Assembly: GCA_048054495.1 (NCBI GenBank)
Contig: JBGMQN010000071.1
Coordinates: forward strand, 9,632 to 73,631
DNA length: 64,000 nt
Direction: 5' to 3'
From: Anaerolineales bacterium
GTDB lineage: Bacteria > Chloroflexota > Anaerolineae > Anaerolineales > E44-bin32
Position 1 is the first letter of the stretch, and the number at the start of each line of letters is the position of its first letter. The notes under the pieces were generated by a model, which saw only the letters and a program-made list of their open reading frames with translations, made no database searches and had not been told where the DNA came from. Shown here piece after piece: positions 26,371-35,201 of this stretch. Position numbers and translations under genes: made by a program.

Positions 26371-26961
26371 ATGGCAGAAGACTTTGAAGTTACTGGGGGG
26401 CTGCCCGAGGACGATGAGAATCGCACCTTTGTAATTGCGGCCGCTGGGCTCGGGGGCTTGATCGTGCTGAGTCTCATATGTCTGGGGGTCTACGCCCTGG
26501 TCTTGCAGCCACGGCAGCGCGAAGCTGCCTTGCAGCAACCGACCAGTATCGTTCTCACAAATACGGCTGTAGCGCTTGGTCTGACGCAGACCGCGGAGGC
26601 AGCGGATTTTACGCCAATACCCACGGAGCCGCCTCCGACATTCACACCTGCGCCCATTGACACGGATACTCCGGTGCCGACTCAGGTGGTTGTGCTGCCA
26701 ACCGACACACCTACTCCTACCCCATTTACGACGTTGCCAACGGTGGCGCCCCTAACGGCCACCGCCGCGGCCCAGATGACGCAGACCGCTTTGGCGATCG
26801 CGGGCGGGGCCGGGTCGCCCACACCTCATCCAACGGAGCTCCCCGTGGCCGGCTTTGCTGATGATGTCGGACTGCCCGGACTGGTGGGCCTGGCGGCAAT
26901 ATTCCTGGCGGCGATTTTCCTCACCAGAAGGTTGCGGTCGAGAACCACGCCTGCAAGCTGA
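26371..26961 (+). CDS. Bitopic Thr/Pro-rich protein with a C-terminal anchor-like tail
   Basis: SD gggagga upstream. N-terminal TM (FVIAAAGLGGLIVLSLICLGVYALVL), a T/P-rich low-complexity middle, and a C-terminal LPVAG...GLVGLAAIFLAAIFLTRRLRSR tail. Confidence 0.6.
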   Translation: MAEDFEVTGGLPEDDENRTFVIAAAGLGGLIVLSLICLGVYALVLQPRQREAALQQPTSIVLTNTAVALGLTQTAEAADFTPIPTEPPPTFTPAPIDTDTPVPTQVVVLPTDTPTPTPFTTLPTVAPLTATAAAQMTQTALAIAGGAGSPTPHPTELPVAGFADDVGLPGLVGLAAIFLAAIFLTRRLRSRTTPAS

Positions 26962-26977
26962 TTGAATAGCGAATCAT

Positions 26978-27011
26978 AAAAGGGGCCGCGCAGCCATGCG
27001 CGGCCCCTTTT
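26978..27011. terminator. Bidirectional rho-independent terminator
   Basis: aaaaGGGGCCGCGC-agccat-GCGCGGCCCCtttt: a 10-bp GC stem with an A-run upstream and a T-run downstream. It sits between convergent operons. Confidence 0.85.
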
Positions 27012-27033
27012 CGATTTCAATTTCAGCGTTAGG

Positions 27034-27537
27034 TTAGTCTGGCAGGCTGAGCTTGGCCAACGTTTCGAACAGCTGCGCGACGCCGTTTCCGTCCAGCGCG
27101 CTGGTCTCCAGATATGGGGCCTGGAGAGAGTTGGCAAATTCCTGCGCTTGCTCTGGCCGTTGGGTGCGTTCCAGATCAATCTTGTTGCCCACCACGATGA
27201 ACGGTTGCTGCTCAACCGCCTCGAGAATCTCGTCCCTCCAGCGGGCGAGGCTAATGAAGGATTCGGGTTCCGTCACGTCGTATACAAGGGCTGCGGCTCG
27301 GCTCCCGCGATAGAAGCCCGCGCGTATTATCTGGAAGCGATCCTGGCCCGCCATGTCCCAGATCGAAAGCTTGACGGTTTGTCCGGACAGATCCACAGTC
27401 TGTGTCTGAAAATCGACCCCAATCGTGGCCACGCGGGTCTGTTCGAATTTCCCTTCACAGAAGCGCCGAATCAGCGACGTCTTACCGACGTTGCCGTTGC
27501 CTGCGACGACTACCTTCAGGACGGGAATGCTGCTCAA
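27034..27537 (-). CDS. Rab/Ras-like small GTPase (not the MglA type)
   Basis: G1 GNGNVGKT, switch I TIGVDF, G3 WDMAGQDRF, YRGSRAAALVYDVT, G4 GNKIDL and G5 ETSAL. 167 aa with no C-terminal Cys prenylation motif. Confidence 0.85.
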   Translation of the reverse strand: MSSIPVLKVVVAGNGNVGKTSLIRRFCEGKFEQTRVATIGVDFQTQTVDLSGQTVKLSIWDMAGQDRFQIIRAGFYRGSRAAALVYDVTEPESFISLARWRDEILEAVEQQPFIVVGNKIDLERTQRPEQAQEFANSLQAPYLETSALDGNGVAQLFETLAKLSLPD

Positions 27538-27540
27538 AGG

Positions 27541-28272
27541 CTACTGGTGACGACCGAGAAAATACTTATGGGGAAATACGAGTTCATCCGGATCGACGGG
27601 TGGGTTGCCTAGCAAGGTTCGGTTGGCTCGCTCAAATAGCAGATGAAGTTCCTCGAGCGATTCCAGCTGATCGGTGGCGGGATCCGTCGAAAATAAGGTC
27701 ATTAGGGTCGTGAACTCTCCCGGCATATAGGCAAGCCACCGCCCGCCTTCGATCTGAGTCGACTGCATGCCCGCGCCGAAGATCTCCTTTGTGGCGGCCC
27801 GGTAGGAAGAAAGCATCGGAACGGCCAGTTCCGCCTCGATCTGGAATTCTCCGATGGTGTTGAGTGGCATACCGGAATCGTTATCATAGACCGAATACCC
27901 AAGCACCTTTGCCACGTTCTTCTGGCGGATGACTATACTCTTGCCTTCGGTGGTGGCCGCTTTCCATTCCTCTGAGTCCGGCGACATTTCGACGTACCGC
28001 TTCACAGTCTGCTGCTCGCGGCGATAGTGGTCATACAGTTCTTGAAATTGGGTGCGGTTTATCTCACCCGTGGCAAACTCCTCGGCCAGCTTATTGATTT
28101 TGCCCTGAACACGCTCCAAGTACTCCTGAGGGTTCTCAAGCGAGGATGGATCGCTGTCTGTAGTAGGTTGGGGGGGAGTTGCCTCAGCGGCCCCTTGCTG
28201 AGGTGCTGCGGGGGCCGTCGGTGACTGGGGCTGAGTTGCGCCCGAAATGAGGTCGCGTAGGCGTTGAAACAT
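27541..28272 (-). CDS. Hypothetical protein with a disordered P/Q-rich N-terminus, a helical region and a Roadblock/LC7-like C-terminal domain (tentative)
   Basis: Start moved to ATG 28272 (MFQRLRDLISG), which lies downstream of a TGcTATAAT promoter. The stop is 3 nt before the GTPase start. The C-terminal ~110 aa (VAKVLGYSVYDNDSGMPLNTIG...GGRWLAYMPGEFTTLMTLFS...) has an alpha-beta pattern reminiscent of MglB/Roadblock. Confidence 0.5.
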   Translation of the reverse strand: MFQRLRDLISGATQPQSPTAPAAPQQGAAEATPPQPTTDSDPSSLENPQEYLERVQGKINKLAEEFATGEINRTQFQELYDHYRREQQTVKRYVEMSPDSEEWKAATTEGKSIVIRQKNVAKVLGYSVYDNDSGMPLNTIGEFQIEAELAVPMLSSYRAATKEIFGAGMQSTQIEGGRWLAYMPGEFTTLMTLFSTDPATDQLESLEELHLLFERANRTLLGNPPVDPDELVFPHKYFLGRHQ

Positions 28273-28293
28273 AACGATTGCCCGATCGCGGGC

Positions 28294-28302
28294 ATTATAG
28301 CA
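28294..28302 (-). promoter_or_regulatory. Extended -10 promoter TGcTATAAT for the Roadblock-like/GTPase operon
   Basis: The reverse complement of attatagca gives TGCTATAAT, ending 21 nt upstream of ATG 28272. Confidence 0.55.
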
Positions 28303-28336
28303 TGGGGGGCATATGCATAAGAAATGGGAAGAGAGT

Positions 28337-29785
28337 CTAGTCCGCTTGAGCCACCTGACGGCCGTATTCGAGCAAAGACTCGAGGGCTCCGGGCTCGCGA
28401 GCCTCAGCGTAAACACGGAGCAGCGGCTCCGTTCCGGAGGGTCGGACGAGCAGCCAGGAATCGTCGTCCATATGGAATTTCACCCCATCCCGGTTGCTAA
28501 CGCGCTCCACCTGGAGCTTACCGATAGCCTCTGGAGCGCCGTCAAGGAGCCGCGCGGAGAGCTGTTCCCTGGGAACCGGTCGCGACAGCCGCAGGTCCAG
28601 TCGCCCGTAGTGCGAGGGCCCAACATCCTTCAGGAGCCCATCGACCAGATCTTTCAACGTCGATCCAGTTGAGGCAACCATTTCCAATACCAGCAGGCTG
28701 ATGAGGATTCCATCGCCCTCCGGGATATGGCCCTTGAAAGATATACCTCCAGACTCCTCGCCGCCGATAAGTACGTCTTCGCGGAGCATACAATCGGCGA
28801 TGTGGTCGAATCCGACCGGGGTCTCTATGACCTCCAGACCATACTTTTTGCCGAGCCGATTGATCATCTGGGTCGTCGATACGGTCTTGACGATTTTGCC
28901 GCTCCAACCCCGGTGCTCCACCAGGTATTTCAACGCCAACGACATCAGGCGGTGAGGATCGACGAACTCTCCCCGCCCATCCATGGCTCCGATTCGATCC
29001 GCATCGCCATCCGTAGCCAGACCAAGCTCACCGTGACCTGCCGCGATGCATCCAGCCAGCGCTCCCAGATAGCGAGCGATGGGCTCGGGGTGAATACCTC
29101 CGAAACCGGGGTTCATCTCCCCTCGCACCTCCGTTACTTCGCAACCCGTTCCCTGGAGGATTCCCTTGATCTGACCGCGACCGGATCCGTACATGGAATC
29201 CACCGCAAGGTGCTGAGGATTTTCGGCAATAGCATCGAAATCGATCAGGGAGCGCAAGTGATCATGGTAGATCGAAGTGGGATTGAAACGTTCGATCAAT
29301 CCCGTTTCCTTCGCTTGCCCGTAGTCCATCAGGTTCGGACCCCGACCGCGAGATTCGTTATCGTTGAAGTAGAACTCGACCCGGCGGCACTGTTCCCTAG
29401 CGGCGGCGCCTCCGTAGGCGGCCTTGAGCTTGAGCCCGTTGTAGCGCGGTGCATTGTGTGAGGCGGTGATCATGATGCCCGCGATCGCGCCCAGGTGACG
29501 CACGGCATACGAAATACAGGGGGTCGGAACGTCGGCGCTGGTCAAATACACCTTGATGCCATTCCCAGCCAAGACGCGTGCCGCCTCGACCGCGAACCTA
29601 TCGGAGAGGAAGCGTGTGTCAAACCCGATAACCACTCGTCGCGCATCCGGAGTCAAGGTCCCGTTAAGCCATTCATCTGCCGCAACCGCGTCCGCAATTG
29701 ACTGGCTCACGAGACGCACGTTGTGGAAAGTAAAGGTATCCGAGATGACTCCCCGCCAGCCATCGGTTCCAAAGGTTATGGGCAT
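28337..29785 (-). CDS. Phosphoglucomutase/phosphomannomutase family protein
   Basis: True start is MPITFGTDGWRG at 29785. Active-site TASHNAPRYNGLK, metal site ATDGDADR, and GGEESGG sugar-binding loop. Confidence 0.9.
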   Translation of the reverse strand: MPITFGTDGWRGVISDTFTFHNVRLVSQSIADAVAADEWLNGTLTPDARRVVIGFDTRFLSDRFAVEAARVLAGNGIKVYLTSADVPTPCISYAVRHLGAIAGIMITASHNAPRYNGLKLKAAYGGAAAREQCRRVEFYFNDNESRGRGPNLMDYGQAKETGLIERFNPTSIYHDHLRSLIDFDAIAENPQHLAVDSMYGSGRGQIKGILQGTGCEVTEVRGEMNPGFGGIHPEPIARYLGALAGCIAAGHGELGLATDGDADRIGAMDGRGEFVDPHRLMSLALKYLVEHRGWSGKIVKTVSTTQMINRLGKKYGLEVIETPVGFDHIADCMLREDVLIGGEESGGISFKGHIPEGDGILISLLVLEMVASTGSTLKDLVDGLLKDVGPSHYGRLDLRLSRPVPREQLSARLLDGAPEAIGKLQVERVSNRDGVKFHMDDDSWLLVRPSGTEPLLRVYAEAREPGALESLLEYGRQVAQAD

Positions 29786-29808
29786 TCTTGGTCCTCCGGG
29801 TCGGGATT

Positions 29809-31122
29809 CTAACCGCGGTATTTGAGTCCGAGGGCGATATCGTTCAGATTCGTACCCGTCGGCCCGATCTTGATCAATGCTCCGATCGCATCGAGCAGTG
29901 GATAGGCGTCGTTCCGCGCCAGCGCCGCGTCCGGGTGAAAACCTCGCTCTTTCGCGCGCTGAATGCTTTTTGCATCGATCTGGGCCCCAGCCGCGTCGGT
30001 CGGACCGTCGACGCCATCGGTGGCCAGCGACATCAGTGCGAACCCGCTCTCCCCCTCCAACGCGGTGGCCGCTCCGAGAGCAAGCTCTTGATTGCGACCC
30101 CCAAGCCCATCCCCTCGAATCCTGACCGTGGTCTCTCCTCCTATGATCAAGCAGTCGCCGGGGTCGGCCGCGCTTAAGCGCGACGCCAGATGCCAACCGG
30201 CAACTCTGGCTTCCCCGCGTAGGTTCCCTGCCAGGATCTTGGGCCTAAAACCGAGCTGCCTGGCCTTCTCCGCCACGGCCTCAAGGACCACTCGATTGGA
30301 GCCCACGAGGACATGGATCGGTCGGCGCGCGGGCGATGGCTTTGAGCGGGGTCTTTCAAGCGCCTCCCGGATAGCCATCGGTACTGCCTCCCATATTCCG
30401 TACTCTCGCAGGACTTGTACGGCTTGCTCTGGACGGCGCTTACGGACCACGGTTGGCCCGGAACCTATCGAGCCGAGACGATCACCGACTACATCGGAGA
30501 GAATGAGAGAGACCACTCGCGCGGGAGCCGCAAGCCGGGCCAGCCCGCCAGACTTGAGTTGCGAGAGCGCCCCACGTACCTGATTGACTTCTTCGATGGG
30601 CGCTCCGGATGCCAAAAGCAGTTGGTTAGTAACTCGAAGCTCCTCCAGCTTAACCCCTCGAAGCGGTAGCTCGATCATGGCCGAAGCGCCTCCAGAGACC
30701 AAAACCAGCACAAGGTCGTCTTCGCCGGTTTCGGCCAACAGGGCGGCTGCGGTGACGCCAGCATCCAGACTGCCTGGGCCGGGTAGCGGGTGCTCCGTCA
30801 CGATCGACTGAAAAGCCCGGGACAGCTTGGCCTTCGGGCCGCCGCCCTCGATCCCCGGGTATCGCGGTTCCGTGACCAGCCCTTCCGTCACTCTTCTTTT
30901 AAGCAGGGCAGAGCTCGCCGAGGCCATTGCGGGTGCGGCCTTCCCAATGGCAATCACGTAGATCTTCCCATTTGGGTGAAGATCTATACGGCGATCGCCC
31001 GCATGAAGGACCTGGCTCTCCAGGCTCAGATGCTGCCGCACCGCAGCCGAAGCGTCGGCTGCCGCGAGCGCGGCCTTTCGAAGGGCGGTCAGGTGGCTCT
31101 TGCGTTTCGTGTATTCAGTCAA
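29809..31122 (-). CDS. Glycerate 2-kinase (DUF4147/MOFRL family)
   Basis: Typical layout: N-terminal IYVIAIGKAA, VLVSGGASAM, C-terminal LIIGGETTV and SLATDGVDGPTDAAGA. Confidence 0.85.
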   Translation of the reverse strand: MTEYTKRKSHLTALRKAALAAADASAAVRQHLSLESQVLHAGDRRIDLHPNGKIYVIAIGKAAPAMASASSALLKRRVTEGLVTEPRYPGIEGGGPKAKLSRAFQSIVTEHPLPGPGSLDAGVTAAALLAETGEDDLVLVLVSGGASAMIELPLRGVKLEELRVTNQLLLASGAPIEEVNQVRGALSQLKSGGLARLAAPARVVSLILSDVVGDRLGSIGSGPTVVRKRRPEQAVQVLREYGIWEAVPMAIREALERPRSKPSPARRPIHVLVGSNRVVLEAVAEKARQLGFRPKILAGNLRGEARVAGWHLASRLSAADPGDCLIIGGETTVRIRGDGLGGRNQELALGAATALEGESGFALMSLATDGVDGPTDAAGAQIDAKSIQRAKERGFHPDAALARNDAYPLLDAIGALIKIGPTGTNLNDIALGLKYRG

Positions 31123-31162
31123 CGGAATGTGTCTCGACCTTCAGATGGATGAATGCTCGGAA

Positions 31163-32392
31163 CTAGGAACCGTCTATATCGGACACAGCCTGAGCTGCAG
31201 CCGCCTCGGCGTCTAGCCGACCGGTCATGACTGCCTGCACCGCCTCGGCCAGTGGAGGTCCGATGGCCTTCAATAAGGAGCCTTGGGGCTTGGCCACCGC
31301 AACTGAGACGAGACGACTAGCGGTCGCGGCCTCCGAACCATCCGTCCACTGCCCCAGCACCTTCGGCTGAGTGGGGAGTAGCCCGAGAGCTTGAGACCAC
31401 TTTGCCAGGAATGCCGGTTCAGCCAGCCACTCAATCAGATCGGCCGACAACTCTTTGTGCTCGGGGTTTGCCACTGCCCACGACCATGGCGCGGCAAGCG
31501 CGATCCCTAGCCCGTTCCTTGTAGGGAGTGGCCCCAGGGCATGCATCCCGGAAGCATGGGACGCGAAAAAGGCGCCATAGGGTGCCTGCGCAGCCTCGGA
31601 GCGTTGTTCTTGAAGTGCCAGCCAGGTCTCTCCGGAGGTGGATAAATCGAGGGAGGCCGGGGATAGGTTTCCAGATTCGGAAGCGGTCGCCAAGAAGTCG
31701 AGCGCCTCAGCAAGAATATTCTCATCGAGTCCCGTATCTCCACTGAACTCTCCTCCGAGGGACAGGTACTGCGCAATAAGAAATGCAGCCTCCGGGTCTG
31801 CGGCCGGGATAATAAACCTATTGGCCTCGACGATCAGGTCGGTCCAATTGAGGGGCACTGCTTCAAAGGCCGCTATTTCCGAGGCAAAGGTCTCCATCTC
31901 GCTCGCAAAGGGTTGCCCGTAGCGAATTCCGTCCACGCGTGAGGTGTCCTCTGCAAAGGCGTAATTATCCGAGGGATTGCCAAGTTCCGGTAACGGCGAG
32001 AGCAGACCCGTCAGGGCCATAGTGCCAAGCGCTTCGGGATCGAGCGTTACGAGATGAGGCAACGTGGCAGGCGCCGCCCGACTAGCAGCCGAAAGGGACT
32101 CCATGACGCCTCCTGGGCCTCTCTCCGCCTTTGTCCGAACGATCACCCGGATATCGGGATTTTCGTTCTGAAAGGTCTCCAAGCGTTCCAGCAGTACCAT
32201 CCCCGCCGGCGTTTCGGGATTCGGTGCGAATGCGGGAGCTACCCAGAGGATGAGCTCTATCGGCACCACGGCCGTTGAAGTGGGAGGGATTGGCGCTGAA
32301 GTAGGAGTTGGGAGGGGGGTAGAGGCCGGTGTTTGCGGCGCGTTGGCGCAGCCCGCCAACAGGAAAAGCCCCAACAGTAGGGCTGGACGCAT
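31163..32392 (-). CDS. ABC transporter substrate-binding lipoprotein
   Basis: Lipobox LLAGC at the N-terminus. Size and composition fit a family-1 extracellular solute-binding protein. No permease genes are adjacent. Confidence 0.7.
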   Translation of the reverse strand: MRPALLLGLFLLAGCANAPQTPASTPLPTPTSAPIPPTSTAVVPIELILWVAPAFAPNPETPAGMVLLERLETFQNENPDIRVIVRTKAERGPGGVMESLSAASRAAPATLPHLVTLDPEALGTMALTGLLSPLPELGNPSDNYAFAEDTSRVDGIRYGQPFASEMETFASEIAAFEAVPLNWTDLIVEANRFIIPAADPEAAFLIAQYLSLGGEFSGDTGLDENILAEALDFLATASESGNLSPASLDLSTSGETWLALQEQRSEAAQAPYGAFFASHASGMHALGPLPTRNGLGIALAAPWSWAVANPEHKELSADLIEWLAEPAFLAKWSQALGLLPTQPKVLGQWTDGSEAATASRLVSVAVAKPQGSLLKAIGPPLAEAVQAVMTGRLDAEAAAAQAVSDIDGS

Positions 32393-32435
32393 GGTGCGTC
32401 ATTATACTTGGGCGCCATGCTACAATCGCGCCGAC

Positions 32436-34283
32436 ATGCCCGAAGTCATGCTTGAAGGGATCCCCGCCAAGCCCGGCTGCTATCTCATGAAGGATAAGAC
32501 AGGCCGGGTGATCTATGTCGGCAAGGCGGTTAATCTCCGCAGCCGAGTTCGCTCCTACTTTCACGCTTCAGCTGCACAGGATCGGAAGACGACGATTCTC
32601 GTTGCGCGCATAGCGGATATCGAGTGGATCGTCGTCGATTCGGAACTCGAGGCCTTGATTCTCGAGATGAATCTGATCAAACGGCACAAGCCGAAGTACA
32701 ACGTGCGTCTCAAAGACGACAAACGCTATCCTTATGTCAAGGTGCACTGGGCGGATCCCTTCCCGAAAGTCACAATGACCCGTCGCATTACCAACGATGG
32801 CAGCCGCTACTACGGCCCCTATACAAGTGTGTGGGCTGTGCATCAGACCCTGGATGTCTTGCGGAAAATCTTCCCCTATCTGACCTGCGATCGAGTTATC
32901 ACGGGTGCGGATCTGAGGGCCTGCCTGTACCATGACATCAGGCTGTGCCTGGCGCCCTGTATCGGCGTCGTTAACCGGACGGGCTATCGTGCGATGATTG
33001 CAGATCTATGCAGGTTTCTTGAGGGGCAAACGGAACCTATCCTTGAGCGGCTTGAGAACGAGATGGAGCGCGCTTCCGCCGCGACGAAATATGAGCGTGC
33101 GGCGGCCATCCGCGATCAGCTGACCGCTATCGAAAAAGTAGTGGAAGGCCAAAAGGTCGTTTCCAAAGATAGGATGGATTCGGACGTGATTGCCTTCGCC
33201 AGGGACGATCGAAACGCCTGCGTCCAAGTCTTCTTCATTCGACGTGGAAAGATGATCGGCCGGGAATACTTCATACTGGAGGGAACTAGCCAGGCCAATG
33301 ATGAAGAAGTCGTACGAGCCTTTGTGAAGCAGTTCTACGCGAATTCGGCGACTCTCCCGCAACGAGTGCTGCTCCCGCTGGAAATCGAGGAAGCCACTAT
33401 CATCGAAAGCTGGTTGAATCGCCGAAGTGAGCATCGTAAAGTCAAGATCACGGTGCCGCGACGAGGGGTGAAGAAGGAGCTGGTGGCGATGGCGGCCGAC
33501 AATGCGGCCGAGACGCTGACCATGCTCAGGGCACAATGGGAGGCCGATCGAAGCAAGCATGTACAGGCGCTCTCAGAGTTGAAAGAGGCACTGAGCCTTG
33601 CAGGTCCGCCCAATCGGATTGAAGGCTACGACATCTCGAATCTTCAAGGCACCGCCGCAGCCGGCTCTATGGTAGTTTTCGAGCAGGGTTCACCGAACAA
33701 GTCACTGTATCGCAAATACACCATCAAGTCCGTTCAGGGTCAGGATGATTTCGCGAGCATGGAGGAGCTGCTGGATCGCCGGTTTCGCAGATGGGAGCTC
33801 TCCCAGGAGGCTGTGAAGGGCCCCGGGGCCAAGCTCGATCGTGCATTCGGCTTCCTGCCAGATTTGATATTGATCGACGGAGGCAAGGGCCAGCTCAGGA
33901 GAGCGGCCGATGTGCTGAGGTCCTTTGGCTTGGAAGACCAGGTTCCCATCGTGAGTTTGGCCAAGCGGCATGAAGAGCTGTACCGACCGAATCGTCCAGA
34001 CCCGGTCATCCTGCCCAGGAACTCCCATGCTCTATTTCTGGTCCAGAGGGTACGGGACGAATCCCATCGCTTCGCGCTCAGCCACCACCGGTCACAGCGA
34101 AGGCGGAGCGGGCTTACTTCGCGGCTCGATACGATCCAGGGGATCGGCCCCGCTCGCCGGAAGGCACTCCTGCAGACCTTCGGCGATCTGGAAGGAATAC
34201 GTTCAGCGGAAGTGGAGGAGATCGAAACCGTTCGCGGCATCAATAGGGAGCTGGCGGAGCGAGTCAAATCCGAGATCGCTTAA
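32436..34283 (+). CDS. uvrC: Excinuclease ABC subunit C
   Basis: GIY-YIG motif (GCYLMKDKTGRVIYVGKA...YF), UVR domain, endonuclease V-like domain and C-terminal HhH2. Start moved to ATG 32436, because the listed 32250 start would overlap the upstream gene. TACAAT lies at 32421-32426, only 9 nt before the ATG. Confidence 0.93.
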   Translation: MPEVMLEGIPAKPGCYLMKDKTGRVIYVGKAVNLRSRVRSYFHASAAQDRKTTILVARIADIEWIVVDSELEALILEMNLIKRHKPKYNVRLKDDKRYPYVKVHWADPFPKVTMTRRITNDGSRYYGPYTSVWAVHQTLDVLRKIFPYLTCDRVITGADLRACLYHDIRLCLAPCIGVVNRTGYRAMIADLCRFLEGQTEPILERLENEMERASAATKYERAAAIRDQLTAIEKVVEGQKVVSKDRMDSDVIAFARDDRNACVQVFFIRRGKMIGREYFILEGTSQANDEEVVRAFVKQFYANSATLPQRVLLPLEIEEATIIESWLNRRSEHRKVKITVPRRGVKKELVAMAADNAAETLTMLRAQWEADRSKHVQALSELKEALSLAGPPNRIEGYDISNLQGTAAAGSMVVFEQGSPNKSLYRKYTIKSVQGQDDFASMEELLDRRFRRWELSQEAVKGPGAKLDRAFGFLPDLILIDGGKGQLRRAADVLRSFGLEDQVPIVSLAKRHEELYRPNRPDPVILPRNSHALFLVQRVRDESHRFALSHHRSQRRRSGLTSRLDTIQGIGPARRKALLQTFGDLEGIRSAEVEEIETVRGINRELAERVKSEIA

Positions 34284-34319
34284 TCGACCCACGTTCGGGG
34301 GAGGCAAACACCGGATCAA

Positions 34320-34688
34320 ATGAGACAAGCCTGGATCATTGACGACGACGACGAAATGAGCCATGCCGTGCGGCTGATGCTGGAGCTGCTGGAATTCCAG
34401 GTACGCACCCATCGGGAGGCTCGCGGAGCAGCCCAAGTGCTGCTCGCAGGCGAACGTCCCGATCTGATCGTACTGGACATCAACATGCCGGAAGTGACCG
34501 GCATGGATTTCCTGGAGTTTCTCGGCATGCGTACCGAGCTGAAGGATCTCCCGGTCATCATGCTCTCCACTGAAGCTTCCGATGTGCGAGTGGATGAGGC
34601 CATGAAATTGGGGGCCAAGGGCTTCGTATCAAAACCGGTCACAATCGAGGAATTGGAGACGGTGATCGCGAAAGTACTCCCAGAATAG
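34320..34688 (+). CDS. Single-domain (CheY-like) response regulator
   Basis: Receiver motifs IIDDDDE, DLIVLDINMPE and SKP. There is no output domain. Confidence 0.88.
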   Translation: MRQAWIIDDDDEMSHAVRLMLELLEFQVRTHREARGAAQVLLAGERPDLIVLDINMPEVTGMDFLEFLGMRTELKDLPVIMLSTEASDVRVDEAMKLGAKGFVSKPVTIEELETVIAKVLPE

Positions 34689-34713
34689 CGAAAACCCATT
34701 AGAGGAGGTACCA

Positions 34714-35133
34714 ATGCCAGTTAGACATGCCTCTGCCACCTGGCACGGCAGCATCCAGGAGGGCCATGGGCACATACAGTTCGGCGACTACGAGGGTTCG
34801 TATTCGGTTCCCTCACGATTTGAGGAAGCGGACGGGACGAATCCGGAGGAGTTGCTCGGAGCGGCCCACGCCGGGTGTTTCTCTATGGCGCTGTCCTCCG
34901 GATTGAGTGCCGCCGGCCATCCACCAAACTCCGTACAAACCTCCGCTCAAGTGCACATCGACAAGCTAAAAACGGGCTGGACCGTGACACGTGTGCATCT
35001 CGTTACAAAGGTAGAGGCCGCAGGTCTCGAGGCTGAGGCTTTTCAGGAATTCGCGGAGAAGGCCAAGTCAACTTGCCCAATCTCGCGCGCACTGGCGGGG
35101 GTCGAGATCACGATGGAGGCCAGCTTGTCCTGA
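34714..35133 (+). CDS. osmC: OsmC-family peroxiredoxin
   Basis: Two conserved Cys contexts, AAHAGCFSMAL and KSTCPISRAL. 139 aa. Confidence 0.88.
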   Translation: MPVRHASATWHGSIQEGHGHIQFGDYEGSYSVPSRFEEADGTNPEELLGAAHAGCFSMALSSGLSAAGHPPNSVQTSAQVHIDKLKTGWTVTRVHLVTKVEAAGLEAEAFQEFAEKAKSTCPISRALAGVEITMEASLS

Positions 35134-35201
35134 CGATCTCGCAGGGCTTGTCCTGATGAGCTCTCAGGGCCTGTCGGGATAAGTTTGCGGTCGGTCCCAA
35201 G

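Noticed and set aside
29786-30196. Arg-rich 137-aa N-terminal extension of the phosphoglucomutase ORF (listed as 28337..30196)
   Set aside because: The extension overlaps the 3' end of the glycerate kinase gene on the same strand and has non-protein-like composition (an R/G/S-rich high-GC artefact). The conserved PGM N-terminus MPITFGTDGWRG begins at 29785.
32250-32435. Upstream extension of uvrC
   Set aside because: It overlaps the start of the divergent substrate-binding lipoprotein gene. The GIY-YIG domain begins right after ATG 32436.
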